The notes below the pieces were generated by a model. It did no database searches. It was given only the letters and a program-made list of their open reading frames with translations, and was not told the origin of the DNA. Made by a program: the position numbers and the translations under genes. This document shows positions 1-12,300 of a stretch of DNA of 64,000 nucleotides, piece after piece (positions within the stretch are counted from its first letter, which is position 1; each line of letters starts with the position of its first letter). The stretch spans positions 1,178,001-1,242,000 of the forward strand of contig JBLWGC010000230.1 in NCBI GenBank assembly GCA_048772705.1. The letters are read 5' to 3'. The stretch is from Leidyana gryllorum EB-2025a. Lineage: Eukaryota > Protista > Apicomplexa.

Positions 1-339
1 GAACCGAGTAACTTGGGATCACCGTCACACAGCAGCAGCCGTTTCGACTCCATGAACACCGCGACGCGCTGTTGCGCCTTCCAATTCCGTCTCTCAGCAC
101 CACTCAACTTGTCCCATTCCTCGCTGCATCCTCCAGCTTCCACCATCACCACAGCGTCCTCCTCGAATCCGCGGGGAATTACACACTCTTCAGCAGACAG
201 CCTCCTGTAGGCCTTGACACGTTTGCCGTGAACCCCCACTATCCACACCAGTACCACCCACCCTAACCACCACATACTAAAAATATGTACTTCAAGTGCC
301 CATCTCAACCATGCGAACTCAATACTTAATTTTTGCTCA

Positions 340-950
340 ATGGACTGCCTTGTCAACCGCTATCACTACGCTATCAATCGGGCCCTTGCTTGGACTGATG
401 CCAAACGCCAACTTCGGAAAGGTTGCCGACGCTGCGAGAATCAAGGGAATGAGGAACCCGAGAGACCACTCATCGATGCAGACACCAGGAATGTGATTTC
501 CAAGATTGTTGCGACTGGAGCGGCCAACGCCACTGTTGCTTTTGCTATGCGTTTTGGGACCGATATCGCTTTCAACTGTCGAAGCGCTCTCAAAAAGCCC
601 AAGGTACTGGTTCGCTCGGCCACTCGAGCTGCTAATGATGCACTCTTCATTGGCGTCGCCACGTCGGCCATCGATGAAGTGCTTCTCAAAGTAAGTAAGG
701 ATGGGATTGATGGATGTCGACCGTCCCTTTTCCACAGTACCGAGGTAACGAGCACGCGAAGAGTAACTCGATTCTGTCGGGCGGATTGGCCGGAGCCTTG
801 GAGGCCCGTAAAGGTGAGTCTATCCCAGCATCCTGTCATCCTCAGTCAGAGGGATTGTCATCAATGATAATCGGGAGTGGCCGAGGAGCGGCCACCGCTT
901 GGCTTCTGTACAGTGTGTGGGGTGCGAACATGGATCCTTCAACAGTCTAG
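340..950 (+). CDS. Tim17/Tim22/Tim23-family mitochondrial inner-membrane translocase subunit (3 exons)
   Basis: Exon 340-690 ends at GTAAG. The next exons give YRGNEHAKSNSILSGGLAGALEARKG and GLSSMIIGSGRGAATAWLL, resembling the R-G-x-D-x-x-N-S-x-x-A-G-x-x-x-G (PRAT) region of Tim17-family proteins. Confidence 0.5.
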
Positions 951-2467
951 ATGGTTAGATATGGCTCGGCTGAATCAATTCGGTGTTGTTTCAAGCTCTC
1001 GGTCACCTCCTGTCCGGTGCTGACAGTGGGAATCTTCATCATCGCTGATAGCTCATCTGGCTGACTGGTGGTGAGGACCAAAGTCCACAAGGGCACGATT
1101 TTGATGGCGAGCATCACCATCACTTCAACATGTTTGATGGGCGGCGTCCAGAGGCACAGAGCGAGAGGAGCCCAATAATACAGCATAGCACTAATGCATA
1201 GTTTCACACAGATCAGAGCGTCATGACTTACATTCCAGACAACCGTCTCAATAATTGCTTCTGACCGTCATTGAACTGGTCCCTCCCGCGCACAAAGTTC
1301 AAGCGGTACTGGAAAAGGATACCACAAACAGCTCTAATAATGACGACCAAGACACCCATATCTGAAATCAAGTCACAAAAGATACATTCCCGCCCACAAC
1401 GAAACTCACATGTGCCAAACAAGGCGCAATAGGGGCTGATGCCGAAGCCACCTAAGCGGTCTCCTAATCTCAATCGCATTATGTATACAGATTGATATCG
1501 AAGTTCTTCCCAAAACAGAAAGAAGAAGGTGCTCCCGCACATGGCACGAGTGATGATCGTAAAGACTTTGTCATCTGATCCAACTCGTGACCGAATCAGT
1601 CCAACGCCTTCCATGTAGAAACACATTAGCACTGTCAGAAACGCTCCAACTGTGGTCTCCAACAGCATGGACACATATTTAACCACATTCACGCCTAGAC
1701 CATCCAATCCATAGATTAGATAATGACCTGTTATCAGCCAGGTACTCAAACACTGAAGGAGACCAGCAAGATACAAGCAGACAAGCTCTGTGATGTTTGC
1801 GTGAGGCGCCAGTCAAAGGTACTTACGGACGTTAAGATAGCCTCCACTCAATGCTCTGTAGTACCGCAGTGCTCTTTGAGCAAGAATGACACAGATGAGA
1901 GAGAAGATGAGGTAGACCTCAAGGATCCCGCGATCTTGACAGCTGAAGTGCTTGATGAAAAGACCTCCTGGGTTTTCGAAGGACAAGCTGTATTCGACAT
2001 TCGTGATATTCTTGCAATTCGCTACCACTGAGTAGACTAGTGTGTTATCGAAACGAGCCGGTAAGGTCTGTGAAACAGATAGAAGCGGTCGCACTCTCGA
2101 CTCACGAGCTTCAAATCATATGAAGTCATGTCGCCAATTGGCATAAGTGGTTCCTTGAGGAAACTATGCTCGCCTTGACATATTTTGGACCCGATGGCTC
2201 CAAGGTCGCCAGCATTCGTGGTGTACAGACTTTCCCAGTCAGCTTGTCGAACCAACATAAATGTTTGATCTGGGGAGTGCACCACCTGACCAGAGTGATC
2301 AGTCACCCTGCTGTCTCACTCACTGTTCGAGCAATCAATGAGGCGCTCTTTTGTGGGGGAATAGTAAAACAGAATTCTCCAATGGTACCAACTTGATACG
2401 TGTTGGCAACACCATACGTCCTGGCAGCCCAAGCCACCGATGTAGCGGCCGTCAGTAACCACCACAT
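947..2467 (-). CDS. GPR180/TMEM145-like multi-pass membrane protein (multi-exon)
   Basis: Signal peptide MWWLLTAATSVAWA, luminal domain with FCF and VVANC..YSLSFENPGG..HFSCQDRG, then several hydrophobic helices including HYLIYGLDGLG. Pieces lie in ORFs 2303-2545, 2037-2306, 1813-2094, 1228-1776 and 947-1207. Confidence 0.7.
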
Positions 2468-2498
2468 GGCCGAGTGTTCGACAAACACGTGTGTGCGT

Positions 2499-3296
2499 AT
2501 GTCAAGCCTAGCTGATATTGAGTCTGGAGCTGTCGAATCCGACACTGAGGTGTCTGAATCCGACTTGAAGATTACACGATTCCATAAGCTTTTCTACCGG
2601 TCGCATGTTGGTGAGCTCGGGGCATGCGATATGTCAGCGCCCGATATCAAGAAGCAATGGAAACATGATCAGATAGCAAGTGGCTTTCTGTGCGTCATCT
2701 CGCTGATCTGGACAGGGCTGCTGATCGCCTTTTCAATTCTTCGACGACATCGAAAGACATATTTCGATTACTTTGGAATATCATGCTTCGTCTTCAGCGC
2801 GGTGTGCTTTTTGGCCGGCCTGTCCATCATCATAGGGATAAAGCGGCGAAGCGCGAACACCGTCATGTCTGCTCGTCTGCTCTACGTAGGTCAGATCATA
2901 CTTCTCAGCAGATCGCATCATATAGGGAGTCGGATGCTTGTGGACGGTGATCATCACTGTAGTGATAGCCTTTGAGTCGAGGGCACACGCTCGTAGCCTC
3001 AAGGAAGAACTGAATGATACACCCTTGCCTGCAGCATACTACAAATCCAATTTGATAATGGGATTGATCATGGGCGCAGTATTTGTCCTGGTATTCGTCA
3101 GGTATGTATTGTGGCGTTCCAACACATATGTTGTGTCAGCATTGTGCTCCTGCAACATTTGTCCCGGCTTGAAACCGTTCTGCGAGCGCTGGAGATACGG
3201 ATGCGCGACGAGGAGTACCAAAAGAGTCGGAGGCATCCGAAAGAGTATGACTCGTTGTCAGCTGAACACGAGACTCAATCGTTCATGAATGCTTGA
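2499..3296 (+). CDS. Uncharacterised membrane protein with about 4 transmembrane helices (multi-exon)
   Basis: ORF pieces 2400-2975, 2938-3288 and 3111-3296 are joined by short GT-AG introns. Four hydrophobic segments, with acidic N-terminus and charged C-terminus. Confidence 0.55.
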
Positions 3297-3379
3297 TCGT
3301 GAAAACTTGCGAGGAGCTACATTATACATATTGATTTTGTTGGGTAATCACTGCAGTTAGGGAGTAGCCGAAGCTGGCT

Positions 3380-6300
3380 ATGGCCCAGGAACATGAATTG
3401 CACCATATTGGAGGAGGTTCCGATGATGCTCTGAAGCGGGCGATTGCGAAAACGAATTCATTCGCTCAGGCTCTCGGGGCAATGGCCCCCAGCGCTGAGA
3501 GATTGTTGAGTCAATATGGCGACCGTCGAATCCACCTGTCGGACTACGCACTGCAATGTTCAGGGAATCTGACTGGACAAGGAGGAATTATGAGTAATAG
3601 TTCATTGTTGAATAATTCGGTTCTTCTCACTGGACCTGAGGGCGGAGACGCGAACACCAGTGCCACACCCACCTCAAAAGACACTCCACTGCAGGGCGTT
3701 GCCGAGGGGCCTCCTGGGGTGGACTCGCAGGTAGGCCGGGCTGTCGGTAGTCCATATTGACATTGTGGCAGATGCCGGTCGAGACGAAAGGAGCATCGGC
3801 TGAGTTGGAGTATCCATCTGTTCTCAGTAAGAGTGGGCGATCGTTAGTTCATCTTGATTGACGCAGATCCCAATATTGCCGATGGGATACCGGAGCCAGA
3901 TCGCAGACCTGAGGCGTGGGACCTGGTACCCAAGCTCGATTTAGCACCGTTGGGTTCTGCCAGTAACTCCGTCCGATTAAGCTGCGTCACAAATCTGATC
4001 AACTGGATGGAAAGGTGTATTCCTATGGTAGTTTTGCACGGATTGGAGCCACATGAATGTATTGCTCGAATTGAAGATACTGACCCTGGATTCTCCATTG
4101 GAGAAGGGACGACATTAGTGCCTGCATCGGCAAAGCCTACTGGAGATGATTTATTGGATGTTACGGGCTGGTCCCAAGACGTCCGAGCCTATGTGGCTTT
4201 TGTGCAAGGTCTTTATCATGCGCTCTTTGCCTTTGCTGAGCGCACTGGCACTGGGATGAGTTGCATGCCGTTAGTGGAGTTGGAAGGTTTCTCTACGGTA
4301 TTACACGCGGACGTGCCCACATTTGTGAGGCGGTGTATTGGAATCTCTCAAGCTGTACGGGCGCTGCTGGACACAAGTTTGTATGAGTTGTTACAGAATG
4401 CGTTCGCCCGGCGCAGCTACGATAGCGATTGGAGCAGTATGAGCACTGAGGGTCCGGACGGGGGATCTGAAGGTGGTAGCGAGGCTTGGGACGAAGATGG
4501 TGTACGGTTCACTGGAGCGCGGGGAAGACGGAAGAGCTCACGGTTACGAGGGATGCCTCATGAGTTGGATTTTCGACTAATCAAGAATTACTATACGTGT
4601 TTGATACACCTGACCATTGATACCATCATGGACAAAGAATATTTATTAAGTCAAGGAGGGGTTCCCTCCCAAGGCGAGGGGGATGGGGAAGATCTTGGGA
4701 AAGTGATACGCCAACTGCCAGAGATCACGAGATCGTGGAGACCATTGATCAATCACATAGCGCAGAATACAGACATATCGTGTCGAGCAACGCCATATGC
4801 GCCGCAAGGTATGTGAAACGCGAATCGTTGATCGCTCGGTGCTCGACACAGTAATTCACCCGTAACTTGCCAGACTTTAGGCTTCGAGCTCTGTATGAGC
4901 GGATTGATGAGGATGTCCATGAGGCACATCGTCACTTGGTGGAGTCTGCGAGTTCGCGCTATCCTACCATGCGGACTCCCAAATGTATAGCTGATGTCCG
5001 TAGGATGCTGACAGCTGCTCTTACGCAGCTTTTGTCCCTAAAGTTGGCAGAAACATATGCCGCCCATTCTGTGATGGCCTGCAAGTTTCTGTGTAGCGAC
5101 GACGGTCTCCTTTCTGTGTGGCCGTCTGATGCCTACTATCCTTGGTCAATTGAGCTCCGTCGGCAAACCAGTGCCACCCTCGTCAACGTTCTCAAGGAGT
5201 TTGCGAAACGACAACTCGCAGTCGCACTGACCCCTCACATAGCTCGCTGGGCTGATCTCATCTGGAGCAAGGTACTGACTGTGTGCCAGAAAGCTGCTTT
5301 CCTCACCACACTTTGTCTGCCTTTTGTTGAGTTGACCTTCTTGCCATACACTCCTTTCTGTTCCGCAGCTGTCCCCCGTTTTGACCAGTCCGTTGCCTGC
5401 CTTTGATCCGAACGCTACTGATGGTGATGACAACAGTATCCCTTTCGCCCAATATTGTGCGTTCCACGGAGCATCCACCATGGCAGTGATGATGTTGAAC
5501 CTCAAGTTTGGAACGGAAACGGACGGTGCGGATGAGATTGAAGAGACTATCCGACCCTTTCAAGTGCGCTTCAGTGATCGAAAGTGAGTCTATCATCTTC
5601 CCTTCGCCCCGAAGACTTGTCGACCACAACTTAGTGTGGCTTTCGAGGGATTCATATTGGCCTCCACATTGCACCGCGCTCTGGTTGACTTGGGTCCTCG
5701 AAGCGAGAGTCATTCCCATCGGCTTTCTGACCCCGCGCCTATGACTCTTCCTGGAATTCGCGTTGTATGTCTTCGAAGGTGTCTCCAGCTGCTCCAACAT
5801 GTCTATCTCGCTCCCGGTGAGCCACTGATTGGGCAACTTGACAACTCCCACTTCCAATAGATATGACTGTGCGGTGTGTAAAGTTGGTGCATCCGACAAT
5901 GGATGCCCTGTGTGAGCTGATATCAGTTGCTGTACTCTTCGACAAGAAGAATCCCGGGAATACCACTCGAGTCTATCGGCATCTTTTGCCCAGTTTGTTC
6001 CGAACAGCTCGAATTGTGATTGGGTGTGCCACCGACATAGCCTTATGGCGAATTGCCTTATTCACTGCAGTCCGAGATGCTCTCGGTCTCGCTGAGGCTT
6101 CGCTATGGCACCTACCCGACCGCATACACTCTGCTCGATGTGTCAGGCAGAATGCTAACCAATTCAATCACTGGGTTTGCGCCTGCGCTGGAGATCCTCG
6201 GCGAGAGGGTTTGGCTCTGAAGTGGCAGAAGGGAGTACGGGACGAAGCACTCCGTCTCGCTCAAGCCATGGCCAACGAGCCCATCAAAGACGTCCGTGTG

Positions 6301-9300
6301 CGGTCCCTCATCAAAGAGGTCGTTGGAGGAATGGTTGGATGTGTTGGTGCGTGTTGGAAATAATTAATCTTTGCCGAGTAATGCTTCTCAGATTGGGCGA
6401 CGACGACAATGTTTGAGGCTCTGATTGCTATCTGTCGGTCGAATGAGTGGCTGACAGCGTTCGTGAAGAACAAAGTTTCTCAAAGGTTCTGGGACACACT
6501 CAAGTTGAATCACAGCTCGAAATTGGCTTTAATGAAGTGAGGTCCAAATGGTTGCATCTTTCTTTGACACGACTATATCAGTTCAACTTATGTCTATCAA
6601 GGCGACAACCAGCAAGACGACGACGATTCGTTGATCTCCGACGACGATACAGACTCCTCAAATGATTATAGTGCTGTGGAGTCTGTGGATCAACGCCAGA
6701 ATGATAGGCTGGGGACTGAACAAGACTCTGAGAGTGCCGTGGTCTCCGAATCCCGTGGATTCCCAACTGGGTCTGAATATCTCCTGTTTGTCAGCATCGC
6801 CGGGATTGGTGAGCGGCCTCAGCAACGCGATGCTATGATCAGAATGTTTGATTTGCAATGCAGCGCTTCTCGCCCGTCTCCCTTCTGTACAGTATGAGAA
6901 GCTGCATTTACTACACTGTTCACTGGACAACTTGATGCGGACCCATCGACATCCATGGGTACGGTGTCAGAGTGCCTTGGCTCTGCTTGCGACCCAAACA
7001 TTGCGCAACGCCAGCCAGATGTAAGTGGGTGTGCAAAGATCGTAATGTGAATGTCATTCTGGCAGAGATGAGAACTACTTAGCGGATGTTTGTCTGAGGA
7101 TTCTGCGAGTTATCCTAACCGATAATTCACATTTTGTTAAGCACACGTTTGTTCGACGATTCGAGAACTCGTAAGTAGTCCTTGAACACAGATCAGGAGT
7201 CAGATCTGAGTGCATCGCGACTGAAATCTGTGACCTCTCTCCGCTGTGTGCTGTGGGCTTCCCCCTTTCCCCCCTCCCCCCTCCCCTCTCTCCCCATCCC
7301 CCTCCTCCTCCCACTGCTTGAGCGACTTGGCTTTTCCAGACTGTTTGCTCGCTTCTGTGATGCACGAACGGTTCAAGTGTTGAGTTCGCTACGTCATGGG
7401 TCAACAAGCGGAGTTGGCATCAAGTTACTGACGAAACTGATGCTCCGTCAGCCCGCAGCGAGATTGACGACTGGTGAAGCAGCCAGCTTCCGACCTCGCG
7501 ATACCATTGAGGAAGAGTTGATAGGTTTGGTGGAGCGAATTGTCCACCTTTGGAACTCTGGCTCGTTTGTTGGCAACGTGCTGAACTGCAAGTGAGTGCA
7601 ATGGGCGGGTTAGGGAGTCTCTTTCGTCTGTCTCAGTAACCGTTATGTTGGAGAGAAACGCGAAGAGTTGAACAAACACGTTCAGCTTCTCAACAAGATG
7701 CATCAATCTCTGGAGCGCAATATACCCTTCTTCGGTACGTTTGGGAGGTCAGAAGTCTTTGCTCAATTGGTGTCTCTTATCGCAGTGTACCTGTTGAAAC
7801 GTGTCGATCGGTTGTCGATGGGGACCAGTTACTGCTTACTGAGCCGTCTCTCAGCGATTGCGCTGGTGAGGCGGCGACAAGTGTACAAAGCCATCGAGGG
7901 CCACGAGAGCATTTTCGTGAGAGTGCACAACGAGTTAGTGGGCCTTCAGCGCGAAAGAGTTGCACGATGGAGGGCTGACTTCAAGAAGGCGGGGAATCCT
8001 TCCGAGCGAGCCTTACTGCTTAGTGATACAGAGACGTCGATAAGTCAATTGTGTAGACTATTGGATCTCGCCGACGACCCCACAGCGCGAGCCTTCACAA
8101 CACTTGTTCGGCCAGAGAAGTCTCAAGAGAAGACCAGCAATGACTTTGAGGTTATGTGTCCGTATAACTGGTTGCTGACCTGTTGCGCCCGAGACTCGTT
8201 AGCGGTCATCAGTCTACTTGAATCCACGGGATTTGGAGAGCAGGAATTACTCAACAACTATCAGCCAGCGATGGCAATGACGTCCACCCAGTTCACCTGT
8301 GCTTTAGGGGCCCTCTTGTCACGGGGCACCTGGTTCAATGGTGAAACTGACGATCCAGCTGATGCTTTGCGCATCTCCTTCTTTGGAGGCTGTATCACTG
8401 ATTTCATGTCTCTTTACGCATTGATGCTGGCTGAGTGTAGTATTGTCCAGGAACAGCGCATGTTCGGTAGCACGACCACTGACGACCGTGAAACTCGAGT
8501 CTGGAGATTGATCTCCGAGATCATGCGATTTGTCCGTCAGATGCTTCGTTCAACACCGTGGGTCTCCCTCTCTCTCTGTCTCTCTCTTCCACACAACCAT
8601 CTTTGCCCCTCAGCGACTGGATGTACTTTGACCCCTTACGCACATTCAAGCAGCTGCAGACGGGATTACTCTCTCTGCTCCAAAGGTGCCTGACGCAACA
8701 TCCAACACAAGGCGCCCTGACAATGTCAGATATGAACACTCAGAGTCGACGAATCACATCCCTCAACCGCGTGCCGTCGACTATTGGTTTGACGTCGGTG
8801 TCTCGGACAGCCGGGAATCCACTGGGGTCCGAGGCTGCCTCTCATTCTGAAGTGATCGATTTTGCCGAAGGGTGTCTACTCCTCCCGAATCCGTCCAATG
8901 ATGTGGACGATGAGGAGTTTGATGGTTTGGATCAAAAGACGAGCGGTCTCCACCAGGCGTGGGCTGAGATTCTGCTGACTGCCGGATCATTTGGATTCAT
9001 GTCGGGCCCGAAACCAAAGAGAGTGGACCCTAACGCCGGGTGGTGTCGATCGAGTTACCTCGATTTGGCCAACTTCCGCTCCAGAAGACACAGCCGACTT
9101 CAGGGACAGATAAGCGACGCCAATAGCGAAGAGGGCAACACAGAGTCGGCTCGCGACGCCTGGGGATATACCGTTCGGTTCGAGACGGCTGCAAACTTTC
9201 TGCTCACAGCAGAGCGAGACGTGTGGTTAGAGAACGGGGAACAGCAGATTGGCCGCCAGCGACGTAACAGTGAACATAGCAGTCGGAGTTCCGGCAGTCG

Positions 9301-12300
9301 ATCGGGTGTTGTGGAGGAGTCGAGATTCACCAACGATGTTTTCATTTATCGAGTGCTCTACACACTGTTCCGGTGCATATGGACGAGCGATAAGACATTG
9401 ACCGAAGTTTGGGCCCAACGAGTATACGACGCGCTCGATTATATCATTGACAATTGTGCAACGGAAGTTGAAAGGAGGAAAGGAGTACAGAGCAGTGGTC
9501 TGAGCGGTCAATCCGCTCGGATCTTTGCTCTGAGTCCCATGAAGAAATGGACCTTTTGGAGTGACCTCATATTGTGTTGGTCTCCACGACTCGCTAAATT
9601 GGGGGATCTCACCGATACTCTTCAGAATCAACATATGATCGCTACAAGTTTCGGAAAGCTTTTGGGTCATCTCGAGCTCGCACCAGAATGCAAGCACTAT
9701 CAGGAATGTGCTGAGCTGATTTTGAGCTGCAGCCAAATTCGAAGTAAAGATACCTTCTCGGCACCGATGCTTAGACTTTTTACTGTCATTCGGGACGCTT
9801 TGGATCGCGCGATTGAGGCGTTGCAGGAACGCGGCACAGAGCTCGAGAAGAAGGGAATGAATGCTATCGTTCAGGGATTTGACGTTCAAAGCGATGCAGC
9901 CATAGGTAAGAACGAGAATGCATCTCGGAAAGGACCTTCGACTCGTCTGCAGCCCTTCGGCCATTCCTACTCACACTCCAAGGAGCAATGCCGTTCTATC
10001 GGTCTCTCGGAGACGCGTTGGTGGCCAAGATGTGTACCACGTTGATCCGTGTCTTTCGAGTGGTTATCGCTTCTCTTGCTGGAGAATTGCAGAATTCAGA
10101 ACAACATTGGGGGCTGCCTGAGGTCGTGAATCTCGCGCAATGTGCCTCTGATGCCTCCAATCTCTCGGACCATCACCTGCCCGAGAGTATGCGACAGTCA
10201 GATGATCAGGGCCCAGAGTATGGAGAACCGCGATTGAGCTCGGACTCCTTCGATCTGGGCAGCAGGCGGTGCACTTGGTCGATATACTCCTTGTTGAGTT
10301 GGCTGGCCAGTCTCTGTCTCGCCTTTGGTCGGATGGGTTCGATAATAGAGCCCTGGGGTGGGGCTCTCGCCGAACCCTTTTCGTTGGCCCTCATCCTCGA
10401 CTTCCCATTGGGCCTTCGCTTACGACTCCTGGACTATCTGAGAGTCCCTTTCCTGGCCGGATGTTTCGGTCCCAGTTGTCTACAGTTGTTCGTTGCAGCT
10501 CTCACGACGCCGGTGAACAAAGCTCTACAGGTTGTTTGCCGTGCAGATTTGACCAAAGAAAAGGAGACGCGGTCGAGAGGCATCCGGTCCAGAAGTCAAT
10601 GTATGGATGACATTGCAGTGAAACGCGAAACACTCCTCATCATGGCCATGTCAGAGCTCATCGCCGTCATGAAGACTGTCTTTCCGGTCAACGTGTGGAT
10701 GATTCTGCAGAATGATACGTAAGGACGGACGAAACGTGGCATCTGAGTGACACCTCCGCCCGGTCTTCAGATTCAAATTGCTTGAGGAGTTCTTGACGTC
10801 GTCCTTCTACACCGAGCTGATACACAACCTGTTCGAGTCCACCAGTCCTGCTGCGCTGCCAGATAACCTGAAACGATGGGCAGATCACGGCGTCGAAGGC
10901 AGCGATTCGCTCGGAATGGGCGTTCACCGTCATCGACACTCCAAGAGCCGTGTCGACAAGTCACGTATATCCAAACGTGTTAGCTCATTGGGCCGGATCC
11001 GAAATGAGCTCAACAGCCTTCCAAGTCAGCGTGAGTGGGTCCGGCCGAAAGTAAAGAGGGCTGGTGCAGATACGACCAAAAGCATCCTCACTGTAACACC
11101 GGACAGCGGCTGTCCCATTCACGAGCTCGATGGGGCGATGGAGTCGCAAACGCTCAGGCCTGGACGAAATGTCGAGAAAGGCGATAATGTGCACAACTTG
11201 GCCGAAGCTGATCTCTTTTGTATCCCAGATCCCGAGACGTAAGCCTTCACCGATCGAAAAACACTCCCCTCTCCTTCGCTTTCAGATTCTCGACCGCAGA
11301 CTGGGCCGTCTGGACTACCAGATGGATGCTCTCGGCGATTCACCTGTCACCATCGCCGTCCATTCGTCAATGCCGTTTCATTGAGCAGTGGTTCTGTTGC
11401 GGAGGCGGCGGTGAGGAGGACCCCGTAGGAGCCCATCAGGGACCCAACCCGTCTGTGCCTGTCTCGGTAAATCGTGCGAAGCTCCTACTGAAAACTCCCC
11501 GAGGGAGTCATCATCTGCCATTAGTGGGACTTTTGCTCGAGCTCTTTCCTATGGCGTTCCTCTCTGTATGGAGAGGGCTCAGTCCCAAATGGAGAGCCAA
11601 AGCCACGGCGTAAGTGTGTTGCTGCAAGTGTGTTCTTACTGCCATGTCTCCAATCGATCGATCTTTATTATGTATCATATTTGATTCCACCCCATTTCGC
11701 AGAGTCATTACGACAATATTGGTGGAAGCCGAGTCTCCTCGTTCCGTGATGACCATAACGATGAACTTGGTGGAGTTTCTACTGCACTTTGACTACTGTG
11801 TTGACTTCAACTTTGAGCACATTGCTATCATTTGTCAGCGGTTCCCGCTCCTACATCAGGCACTGTTCTTCTGGGAACAGGAATGGGCTCTGGTCGGGAA
11901 GACAGCCTTTGTTCTCAAAAAGGGTGAGTGAGAGCAGTCCTGACACTGCCCACTCACTTTCTCTGCAGAATCCATCTTGCTCGCTTTACTCTCACTGAAT
12001 TCCGCTTGTAACCAAATCGACGGAGTACTGGGAGTCTTCCAGTTGGTCAAATCCTTGTTGGTCGAAACGGAAGAACCAGCGATTCCAGGGGCACTGGTGA
12101 GAAATGGGGAAGGGTCTCGAGGAAGCCCCGAACTCCAGGTTTACAACTCGTTGCGGTGCCCAGTCGCGCCAGGCGCGTCCAGTATGATAGCCAACGATGC
12201 GTTCGTTTCTCCGAAAGAACAGCGCCAATGGTACGAGCAGATGCAGTGTTGGAACCTCGCTGTAAACCTATACTCGCTGGAGGGGAGCGGACACAGCTTT

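Noticed and set aside
7255-7320. C-rich tract, and (CT)n tracts at about 8565 and 12625
   Set aside because: These are intronic low-complexity sequences within TOR, with no sign of a mobile element.
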